Shown piece after piece: positions 7,920 through 15,587 of a DNA stretch of 64,000 nucleotides. The DNA is from Vicinamibacterales bacterium (GTDB taxonomy: Bacteria; Acidobacteriota; Vicinamibacteria; Vicinamibacterales; UBA2999). The notes under the pieces were generated by a model. It had not been told where the DNA came from and searched no databases. It was given only the letters and a program-made list of their open reading frames with translations. Location: positions 82,107 through 146,106 of the forward strand of contig JAXLRB010000007.1 in NCBI GenBank assembly GCA_046331325.1, given 5' to 3'. Each line of letters opens with the position of its first letter. Position 1 is the stretch's first letter. The position numbers and the translations under genes were made by a program.

Positions 7920-9286
7920 GCGTGCCCCTCCACACGCTGACGTCGTGCTTCCAGGGCATCATCCCGGCCACGCTCTACACCTGCGCGGCCGATGGCACGC
8001 CGAACGCCGCCTACCTCAGCCATGTCGAGTACGTGGACGACCGCCACGTGGCGCTGTCGTTCCAGTTCTTCAACAAGAGCCGCCGCAACGTGGCCGAGAA
8101 CCCGCGCGCGGTGGTGCGCGTGGTGGATCCGGACACGCAGCAGGGGTGGGAGTTGCGGCTGCGCTTCACGCGATCCGAGACCGCCGGCGCGCTCTTCGAC
8201 CGGATGGCGCTGCGCATCGAGGCCATCGCCTCGTACTGCGGCATGAAGGGCGTGTTCAAGCTGCTCGCCGCCGACGTCTACGAAGTGATCGCCGTGCGGA
8301 AGGTGCCCGAGCAGCCGGGGCAGCCGGCCCTGGTCGAACGCCGCACGCCCGATGCCGTGTTCACGATGCGGGCGCTGCAGGATCTGTCGCAGCGCATCGA
8401 TCGCGCCGATGGCCTCGAGCCGCTCATCGACGCCATCCTGCAGGGCCTCGACGACATCTTCGGCTTCACGCACTCGGCGATTCTGCTGCCGGGTGAGCGG
8501 CCCGGCACCCTCGTCACCATCGCGACGCACGGCTACCCCGAGAACGGCGCCGGCGCCGAGGCGCGCTTCGGCGAGGGCATCGCGGGTCTCGTCGCCGAGG
8601 CGATGAAGCCGATCCGCATCGCCGGGCTCATGCGCGGCATGCTCTACGCCTACGCGTCGCACTTCCGTGCCAACGAGCCCGGGTGGTGTCCGCCCGAGCG
8701 CCGCGTCGCCCTGCCGGGACTCGCCAATCCCGAGAGCCAGCTCGGCGTGCCCCTCATCGTGCGCGGCGAGCTCGTGGGCGTGCTGTGCATCGAGAGCGAG
8801 GTGCCGTACCGCTTCCACGAGGACGATCGCGCCACCATCGAGCTGCTCGGCTCGTACCTGGCGATCGCGATCCAGAACGCGGTGCTGCGCGAAGCCCGCG
8901 ACGCCGACGAGGATGGCGAGACTCCGGCCGCGCCGCCGGCCGCCGTGGCCGTGACGCCGAAGGCGGCCCGCGAGATCACCTACTACGCGAGCGACGAGTG
9001 CGTGCTGGTCGACGGCGAGTACCTGATTCGCGGCCTGCCGGCGAAGGTGCTGTGGAAGCTGCTCTCCGCGCATCGCGCCGAGGGCCGCACCGAGTTCACC
9101 AACCGCGAGCTGCGCCTCGACAAGTCGCTGCAGCTCCCGGAATACAAGGACAACTTGGAGACGCGACTGCTGTTGCTGCGCCGCCGCCTCGATCAGAAGT
9201 GCCCCGACATCCGCCTCGTGCCGACCGGACGCGGCCGGTTCGGGCTGGCCCTGGCGGCGCCGATCGCGCTCGCCGAGCGCCCCTGA
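7916..9286 (+). CDS. PNPOx-like / GAF domain protein with C-terminal winged-helix-like region
   Basis: Start trimmed to ATG 7916 (MSVPLHTL...). The GAF core reads FTHSAILLP...GIAGLV...LGVPLIVRGELVGVLCIES. The C-terminal 100 aa (GLPAKVLWKLL...RLVPTGRGRFGL) resembles a DNA-binding domain. Confidence 0.65.
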   Translation: MSVPLHTLTSCFQGIIPATLYTCAADGTPNAAYLSHVEYVDDRHVALSFQFFNKSRRNVAENPRAVVRVVDPDTQQGWELRLRFTRSETAGALFDRMALRIEAIASYCGMKGVFKLLAADVYEVIAVRKVPEQPGQPALVERRTPDAVFTMRALQDLSQRIDRADGLEPLIDAILQGLDDIFGFTHSAILLPGERPGTLVTIATHGYPENGAGAEARFGEGIAGLVAEAMKPIRIAGLMRGMLYAYASHFRANEPGWCPPERRVALPGLANPESQLGVPLIVRGELVGVLCIESEVPYRFHEDDRATIELLGSYLAIAIQNAVLREARDADEDGETPAAPPAAVAVTPKAAREITYYASDECVLVDGEYLIRGLPAKVLWKLLSAHRAEGRTEFTNRELRLDKSLQLPEYKDNLETRLLLLRRRLDQKCPDIRLVPTGRGRFGLALAAPIALAERP

Positions 9287-9289
9287 CGC

Positions 9290-9871
9290 CTACGCGTCCT
9301 TCGACGTGATCCAGCGCGGCACGGCCGGGATGTCGGTGGCCAGCAGGCGATCGAGCAGCGTGTCGATGTCGCTGCTCGCCGACACGATGGCGCGCGTTTC
9401 CGGCTTGATGAACCCTTCGGTCCAGGCCTTGTCGAGGAACGCGATCAGGCCGTCGTAGAAGCCGGCCACGTTCAGCAGGCCGCACGGCTTGCGATGCAGC
9501 CCCAGCTGCGTCCACGTGATCGCCTCGAAGATCTCCTCGAAGGTGCCGACGCCACCGGGCAGCGCCACGAAGGCGTCCGAGAGCTCCGCCATCATCGCCT
9601 TGCGCTCGTGCATCGAGTCGACCACGTGCAGCCGGGTGACCCCGCCGTGACCGATCTCGCGGGCCATCAGCGCGTGCGGGATCACACCCGTGACCTCGCC
9701 GCCGGCCTCGAGCACGGCATCGGCCACCACGCCCATCAGACCGACGTTGCCGCCGCCGTAGACGAGCGTGTGGCCGCGAGCCACGAGTCGCCGTCCGAAC
9801 GCCCGCGTGACCTCGCCGTACTCGGGTCGATTGCCGTGGGTGGACGCGCAGAACACACAGATCCTGGCCAT
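9290..9871 (-). CDS. LOG-family (TIGR00730-like) nucleotide phosphoribohydrolase
   Basis: Start trimmed to ATG 9871 (MARICVFCAS...). Contains YGGGNVGLMG and PGGVGTFEE motifs. Confidence 0.85.
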   Translation of the reverse strand: MARICVFCASTHGNRPEYGEVTRAFGRRLVARGHTLVYGGGNVGLMGVVADAVLEAGGEVTGVIPHALMAREIGHGGVTRLHVVDSMHERKAMMAELSDAFVALPGGVGTFEEIFEAITWTQLGLHRKPCGLLNVAGFYDGLIAFLDKAWTEGFIKPETRAIVSASSDIDTLLDRLLATDIPAVPRWITSKDA

Positions 9872-9905
9872 GCGGGCGACAGGATAGCAGGTGCGGACAT
9901 AATGG

Positions 9906-11642
9906 ATGAGCCACGCCATCACGGACCCCATGGCCGACGACGTTCTTCCGCCCGCCCCCGGGCAGGACGACAAGAAGAAAAAGAAGAAGGCCGACAAGCA
10001 GCGCGGCGCCTGGATCTCGTTCGCCGGACGCATCGTGGCGCAGGTGGTCGGCGCCATCGCCAGCGTGATGCTGGGCGTGTTCGTGCTGCAGAAGTCGCAG
10101 GCGCCCGCGCCTGGCGCCGCGAACACGGCGGCGCGCCGGTCGGCCACCGACGCCGTGCGCACGGCGGCCACCGCCCGCCGTCCCGGCGAGGCCACGCTGG
10201 CGGTGCTGCCGCTGGCCAATCTCTCGGGCCGCGCGGATCAGGAGTATTTCGTCGAGGGAATGGCCGAGGCGCTCACCGCGAGCCTCGCGCGTGTCGACGG
10301 CCTGCGCGTGATCTCGCGCACGTCGACGATGCGCTACAAGGTCGATCCGCCGCCGATTCCCGAGATCGCGCGGGCGCTGGGCGCCGATCTCGTCATCGAA
10401 GGCTCGGTGCTGCAGGCCGATGGCAACGTCCGCATCACCGCGCAGCTCATCGACGGCGCCACCGACGAGCACCTGTGGGCCCAGAGCTACACGCGGCCGC
10501 TCCGTGACGTGATCGCGCTGCAGGACGCCGTAGCCACCGCCATCGCCACCGAGATCAAGGGCACGGTGAGCCGGCGTCCGGTGGCAGGCGCCGCCGGCAC
10601 CGCCGTCGATCATCCGATCGATTCCGCGGTCTACGATCTCTACCTGCGCGGCCGTCACGCCTGGTATCAGCGAACGCCCGAGGCCCTGCAGACCGCTCTC
10701 GACTTCTTCGAGCAGGCGGCGAAGGCCGACCCGCAGTTCGCCCTCGCGCAGGTCGGCATCGCCGACACCTACGTGCTGCAGAACTCACCGAGCATGCCGC
10801 TCGACGTCGGCCGCGATCGCCTCGACAAGGCGCGCCAGGCGGCGCTGCGCGCGCTCGATCTGAACGGCAATCTCGCCGAGGCGCACACGGCGCTGGCCGG
10901 CGTGATCTTCTTCGGCGATCGCAACCTGGGCGATGCCGAGCAGAAACTGCGCCGCGCCATCGAGCTGAACCCGAACTACCCGGTGGCGCACGAGTGGCTG
11001 GGCCTGCTGCTCGGCGAGCTGGGCCGCGTCGACGAGGCGCTGGTGCACGTCGACGCCGCGATTCGGCTCGATCCGTTCGAGGCGACGATGTACCAGGCGC
11101 GCGGCATGGTGCAGTACAACGGCCGCCGCTACGCCGACGCCATCGTGTCCGAGCGTCGCGCCCTGGATCTGACGCCGCAGCTGCCGCTGGCGCGTGTGCT
11201 GCTGGCCAAGGCCTTCGTCATGGCGGGGCGTCCCGCCGAGGCGCTCGACGACTGCCGGCGCGTCACCGATACCGTCGTCGACGTGGACCTGCGGATCGTC
11301 TGCGTCGTCGCGGCGACACGCGCCGGACAGGGCGAGCTGGCGAAGAGCCTGCGCGCGCCGATCGAGCAGCGGGCGTCGATGATGGGCGCGGCGCTCGCGC
11401 AGATCGACGGCGGTCTCGGCAACTTCGCCGCGGCGTGGCCGCGCCTGCGGGCGCTTGCCGATCGTGGCGCGCTGCCGCCCGTGCTGCTCACCGATCCGCT
11501 GTTCGAGGGACTTCGTCGCGAGGCGCCGTGGAGCGAGATCCTGGCCACCCACCGCGCGCGTCGTCCGGTCGCGCGGATGCCGCCTGGGCCGCCGCCTGGT
11601 GCCCCGCCCGGTGCGCCGCCGCGACCGCCGAGCGCGAACTAG
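9906..11642 (+). CDS. membrane-anchored TPR-repeat protein with TolB-N-like periplasmic domain
   Basis: 578-aa ORF; the start is uncertain (ATG 9906 or 9930). It has a Lys-rich N-terminus, one TM helix, LAVLPLANLSG...GADLVIEGSV, and then TPR repeats. Confidence 0.7.
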   Translation: MSHAITDPMADDVLPPAPGQDDKKKKKKADKQRGAWISFAGRIVAQVVGAIASVMLGVFVLQKSQAPAPGAANTAARRSATDAVRTAATARRPGEATLAVLPLANLSGRADQEYFVEGMAEALTASLARVDGLRVISRTSTMRYKVDPPPIPEIARALGADLVIEGSVLQADGNVRITAQLIDGATDEHLWAQSYTRPLRDVIALQDAVATAIATEIKGTVSRRPVAGAAGTAVDHPIDSAVYDLYLRGRHAWYQRTPEALQTALDFFEQAAKADPQFALAQVGIADTYVLQNSPSMPLDVGRDRLDKARQAALRALDLNGNLAEAHTALAGVIFFGDRNLGDAEQKLRRAIELNPNYPVAHEWLGLLLGELGRVDEALVHVDAAIRLDPFEATMYQARGMVQYNGRRYADAIVSERRALDLTPQLPLARVLLAKAFVMAGRPAEALDDCRRVTDTVVDVDLRIVCVVAATRAGQGELAKSLRAPIEQRASMMGAALAQIDGGLGNFAAAWPRLRALADRGALPPVLLTDPLFEGLRREAPWSEILATHRARRPVARMPPGPPPGAPPGAPPRPPSAN

Positions 11643-11645
11643 CGG

Positions 11646-12350
11646 CTAGCCGGTGAACTTGTAGCCCAGGCCGTGCACGGTCTGGATGAGCTGCGGCACC
11701 TTCGGGTTCACTTCGAGCTTCTGACGCAGCCAGGCCACATGCACGTCGACGGTGCGCGTCGACGGCGTGTGCTCGTAGCCCCACACCTCGGTGAGCAGCT
11801 CGTCCCGCGAGATGGTGGCGCCGCGATGCTCGAGGAAATAGCGCAGCAACTGGAACTCCTTCGCCGACAGCTCGAGCGGCGCGCCGGCGCGGGTCACCTC
11901 GGCCTTGCGCACGTCGACCACCACGTCCTCGAAGGTGTAGCGCGAGTGGCCGTTCACCGCGGGAGCGGCCGCCGCCGTCTGTCCGGCGCGACGCAGCAGC
12001 GCCTCGATGCGAGCCAGCAGCTCCGCCGACTCGAACGGCTTGGTGAGGTAGTCGTCGGCGCCGAGCTTCAGGCCCACCACGCGATCCACCACCTGACCGC
12101 GTGCGGTGAGCATGAGCACCGGCGTCGTCACCCCGCGCGCCCTCATGGTGCGGCACACGTCGAGGCCGTCGCGCTTCGGCAGCATCACGTCGAGCACCAC
12201 CAGATCGAAGCCGCCGCCGAGCGCCAGCGTGAGGCCCGTCTCGCCGTCGCCGGCGGTGTCGACCTCGTAGCCCTCGGCCATCAGCCGATCGCTCAGCGTG
12301 AGCTGCAGTCCCGGCTCGTCTTCCACGAGCAGCAGACGTCCCGACGCCAC
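11646..12350 (-). CDS. OmpR-family two-component response regulator
   Basis: The receiver domain has LLLVEDEP, VVLDVMLP and LTKPF. The winged-helix output domain has LSAKEFQLLRYF and VDVHVAWLRQKL. Confidence 0.9.
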   Translation of the reverse strand: MASGRLLLVEDEPGLQLTLSDRLMAEGYEVDTAGDGETGLTLALGGGFDLVVLDVMLPKRDGLDVCRTMRARGVTTPVLMLTARGQVVDRVVGLKLGADDYLTKPFESAELLARIEALLRRAGQTAAAAPAVNGHSRYTFEDVVVDVRKAEVTRAGAPLELSAKEFQLLRYFLEHRGATISRDELLTEVWGYEHTPSTRTVDVHVAWLRQKLEVNPKVPQLIQTVHGLGYKFTG

Positions 12351-12357
12351 GATCGCC

Positions 12358-14292
12358 TCAGGAGGCCGACGGCGCGGCGGCCGTCGACCCGGTGGCTGCC
12401 GGCGCGGCGGCGGCGAGATCCGGCGCCGCCGGCAGGCAGATGGTGAAGGTGCTGCCGCGGCCCGGCTCGCTCACGAGATCGACGCGGCCCCCATGTGCAT
12501 CGGCGATACGCTGCACCAGGCTGAGCCCGAGGCCGCTGCCCTGCACCTGGTTCGCCACCGCGTCGCGGCCGCGGTAGAACGGCTCGAACACCTTGCGCCG
12601 TTCGTCGGCGCCGAGGCCGGCGCCGTGATCCTCCACGGCGATCCGCACCTCGGGCCGCGAGCCGCCGACAGCTGTCGCCGCGACCCGCACCCAGCGATCC
12701 GAGCCCGCGTATTTGATGGCGTTGCCCACGAGGTTCTGCACCGCCGACAGCAGCATGCCGGCGTCGCCGACGATCGCGGGAAGGTCGGCCGGCGCCTGCA
12801 CTTGGACCTCGATACCGGCCCGCGCCGCCTCGGGCGAGAGCCGCGACACCGCGTCGTGCACCAGCGTGTGCACGGCCAGTGGCGCCATCGGCAGCGGCCG
12901 TCCCGATCCCAGGCCGGCCAGCTGCAGCACGCGCTCGACGGTTTCGCCGAGACGTCGCGCCTCGCCCTGGATGGTCTCGCCGTACTTCTTCACGCGTCCC
13001 GGTTCCGCCACCACGCCGTCGGCGAGGTTGCCGGCCGCCGAGTTGATCACGGCCACCGGCGTGCGCAGCTCGTGCGACACCGCGGCCACGAACTCCATGT
13101 GCTGACGCGCCAGACCCTGCGCGCGCCGCGCCGACACCGCGATCAGGCCGACGACCACGCCGAGCAGGGCGAGCGTGCCGCCGCTCACCATCAGGTTGCG
13201 GCGCCGCGCCGCGGCCACCGCCGCCTCGAGCGAGCCGGCGGCGTGCTTCACGCGCAGCGTCCAGTGCCCGCGTCCACGGCCGCCCGGCATCGATCGCGTC
13301 CGCACGGTGCGCTGGCCGTCGCGCTCCCGCACCTCCACCATGTTCACGACCGCGCGGTCGGGCGGCGCGCCGTCGAGATCCGGCGGCGGCAGGCGATCGA
13401 GGCGCGGCTCGAGCGGCGGCGTGGGGCCGTTGGCGCCGACGCGCGCGAAGATCATCATCGGCCCCAGGCGCGGTTGCAGGAACGTGGTGGACAGATCCGG
13501 ATCCTTGGCGGTATCGGCGGCCGCACCGGGCGACGACTCGTACACCACGCGGTTGTCGGCGTTGGCCACGACCGCGACGCGGTACTCGGCCTCTTCGGGG
13601 AAGTGCTCGGCCGCCAGTTGCGGCAGGCGCTCGCGGGCGAGCGCGTCGACGTCGAGCCGCACGATCGTATAGCCGCGCATCCGCACGTCGGTCACGAAGC
13701 GATCGGGCGTCTGGCCGGGCGTGCGCGGCGTCTCCACGCGCAGGATCGGCATGACCAGCGTGCGCTCGTCGCCCACGCCGCTCACCGCCGCGAACATCTC
13801 GCGGGGGCCGCGGCGTTCGGCCTGTGCGTCGTGCGCCGGCACGGCGAGCAGCTGGGTGTGCAGGGCCTGCAGCTCGGATGGCCATGCGGTGTCGTCGAAG
13901 GTGCGGCTGGCCGGATTCCAGTGGCGCAGCACGATGCGGGCGTCAGGTGACTTCGCCGTCTCGTCGATCTCGGCGAACCACACCTGCGGTTCGAGCACGC
14001 TCGTGCCGCCGTCGAGCGCGGCGTCGTAGCGCAGGGCGTAAGCGTCCCAGTCGCGGCGCTCCACCATCGCACCGTCGAGCTGGAGGCCGCCGCCGAGTCG
14101 CGAGATCTCGGCATCCACCGCCGCGGTGAACTGCGCGCCGGCGGCGCGCAGCGTGCGTTCGCGGCGTTCGCGATCGGCGGTGGCGAGCTGGTTCACCCAG
14201 TCGTACTGCAGGTACGCGAGCGTCGGCAGCAGGATCGCCACCGTGGCGGCGAGCCACGGCGTGGCTCCGAGCGAGCGCGGAACGCCCTTCAT
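12358..14292 (-). CDS. sensor histidine kinase
   Basis: H-box FVAAVSHELRTP, with VGNAIKY, DHGAGL and GSGLGLS boxes. The start is set to ATG 14292 (MKGVPRS...) because TACACT lies 7 nt upstream. The ORF track extends to 14361. Confidence 0.85.
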   Translation of the reverse strand: MKGVPRSLGATPWLAATVAILLPTLAYLQYDWVNQLATADRERRERTLRAAGAQFTAAVDAEISRLGGGLQLDGAMVERRDWDAYALRYDAALDGGTSVLEPQVWFAEIDETAKSPDARIVLRHWNPASRTFDDTAWPSELQALHTQLLAVPAHDAQAERRGPREMFAAVSGVGDERTLVMPILRVETPRTPGQTPDRFVTDVRMRGYTIVRLDVDALARERLPQLAAEHFPEEAEYRVAVVANADNRVVYESSPGAAADTAKDPDLSTTFLQPRLGPMMIFARVGANGPTPPLEPRLDRLPPPDLDGAPPDRAVVNMVEVRERDGQRTVRTRSMPGGRGRGHWTLRVKHAAGSLEAAVAAARRRNLMVSGGTLALLGVVVGLIAVSARRAQGLARQHMEFVAAVSHELRTPVAVINSAAGNLADGVVAEPGRVKKYGETIQGEARRLGETVERVLQLAGLGSGRPLPMAPLAVHTLVHDAVSRLSPEAARAGIEVQVQAPADLPAIVGDAGMLLSAVQNLVGNAIKYAGSDRWVRVAATAVGGSRPEVRIAVEDHGAGLGADERRKVFEPFYRGRDAVANQVQGSGLGLSLVQRIADAHGGRVDLVSEPGRGSTFTICLPAAPDLAAAAPAATGSTAAAPSAS

Positions 14293-14299
14293 GGGCCGG

Positions 14300-14305
14300 A
14301 GTGTA
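14300..14305 (-). promoter_or_regulatory. -10-like hexamer TACACT, 7 nt upstream of ATG 14292
   Basis: The minus strand reads gcTACACTccggcccATG, with no SD sequence. Confidence 0.45.
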
Positions 14306-14469
14306 GCATGCGTGAAACGCCTGAAAATCAAGGCGAATCGCGCATTTAACATGGTTAACAAACCCTTTGCCGATCCTTGACGTCGGAATGTCCGGCGCGC
14401 CCGTCAGAATGGAGGACGACGGCGCGAGACGACACCGCGGCGACGGCGACCCTTGAAGGAGACGACACG

Positions 14470-15567
14470 ATGAGAGCGTGGATGGCGATGGCGACAGCGA
14501 CGGCGATGTTCGTGGGCGTGGGCGTCCCGGGCACGGGACGCGTGGTGCCGCTGCCGGTGTACGCGGCCGAACAGGCCACGGATCAGGCGGCGAAGGTGCT
14601 GGCCGACATGCGCAAGGCGCTCGGCGGCTCGAAGGTCGACAACGTCAAGGCGCTCTCGCTCGAGGGCCCGTTCCGTCGCGACATGGGCGGCCGGCAGATG
14701 GAGGGCACGATCGCCCTCACGCTGCAGGGCGCCGACCACATGTACAAGAGCGAGGAGAACGAGTTCCCCGGCGGCATGTCGGTGGAACGCATCCAGGTGC
14801 TCGCCGGCGAGTCGGCGTGGGCCGACATGCAGAACCGCGGCGGCATGGGCGGCGGGATGCAGATCATGATGCGCAACGGCCCGCCGGGCGCCCCGCAGGA
14901 TCCGGCCGAGGCCGAGAAGCGGCTCGCGGGCCAGTTCCGCACCGAGATGCAGCGCTGGATGTTCGCGCTGCTCGGCGCGCCGGGCACCGCGGTGACCTAC
15001 GCGGGCGTCGCCGAGTCGCCCGACGGCAAGGCCGACACGCTCGAGATCAAGGACGCGCGCGGACAGGCGGTGCGGCTCTTCGTCGATCAGGAGACGCACA
15101 TGCCGCTGATGCTCACGTATTCCGAGATCCGGCCCCGAATCATGATGCGCGGCGGTCCGGGCGGCCCTGGCGGTCCCGGTGGACGTCGCGGCGGTGGTCC
15201 TGGCGGGCCCGGCGGGCCTGGTGGCCCCGGCGGCGGTGGTCAGCCCGGCGCGGCGCCCGCCCCTGGTGCCGGCGCGACGCCTCCGCCCGCTGGCGGCGCC
15301 CAGGCGGGTGCCCCCGGTGAGCCCGGCGCCGGTGGCGAGCGCCGCCGTCCGACCGAAGAAGAGATCAGGCAGCGGATGGCGTCGATGCCGCCGCCCACGC
15401 CCAGCGCGATGCGGATGACCTTCGACGAGTTCGGCTCGTTCGACGGCGTCAAGCTGCCCAAGCACATCAGCATCGCGGTCGACGGCAAGCCGAGCGAGGA
15501 ATGGACCATCGAGAAGGTGAAGGTCAATCCCGCGATCAAGGCCGAGCTCTTCCAGAAGAAGCAGTAA
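14470..15567 (+). CDS. secreted LolA-like/outer-membrane-lipoprotein-sorting-like protein with Gly/Pro-rich insert
   Basis: Start at ATG 14470 (MRAWMAMATATAMFVG...), preceded by GGAG. It contains a low-complexity GGPGGPGGPGGRRGGGPGGPGGPGGPGGGG block. The family call is tentative. Confidence 0.5.
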   Translation: MRAWMAMATATAMFVGVGVPGTGRVVPLPVYAAEQATDQAAKVLADMRKALGGSKVDNVKALSLEGPFRRDMGGRQMEGTIALTLQGADHMYKSEENEFPGGMSVERIQVLAGESAWADMQNRGGMGGGMQIMMRNGPPGAPQDPAEAEKRLAGQFRTEMQRWMFALLGAPGTAVTYAGVAESPDGKADTLEIKDARGQAVRLFVDQETHMPLMLTYSEIRPRIMMRGGPGGPGGPGGRRGGGPGGPGGPGGPGGGGQPGAAPAPGAGATPPPAGGAQAGAPGEPGAGGERRRPTEEEIRQRMASMPPPTPSAMRMTFDEFGSFDGVKLPKHISIAVDGKPSEEWTIEKVKVNPAIKAELFQKKQ

Positions 15568-15587
15568 GCGTTTCCGAGAGGCCCGTC

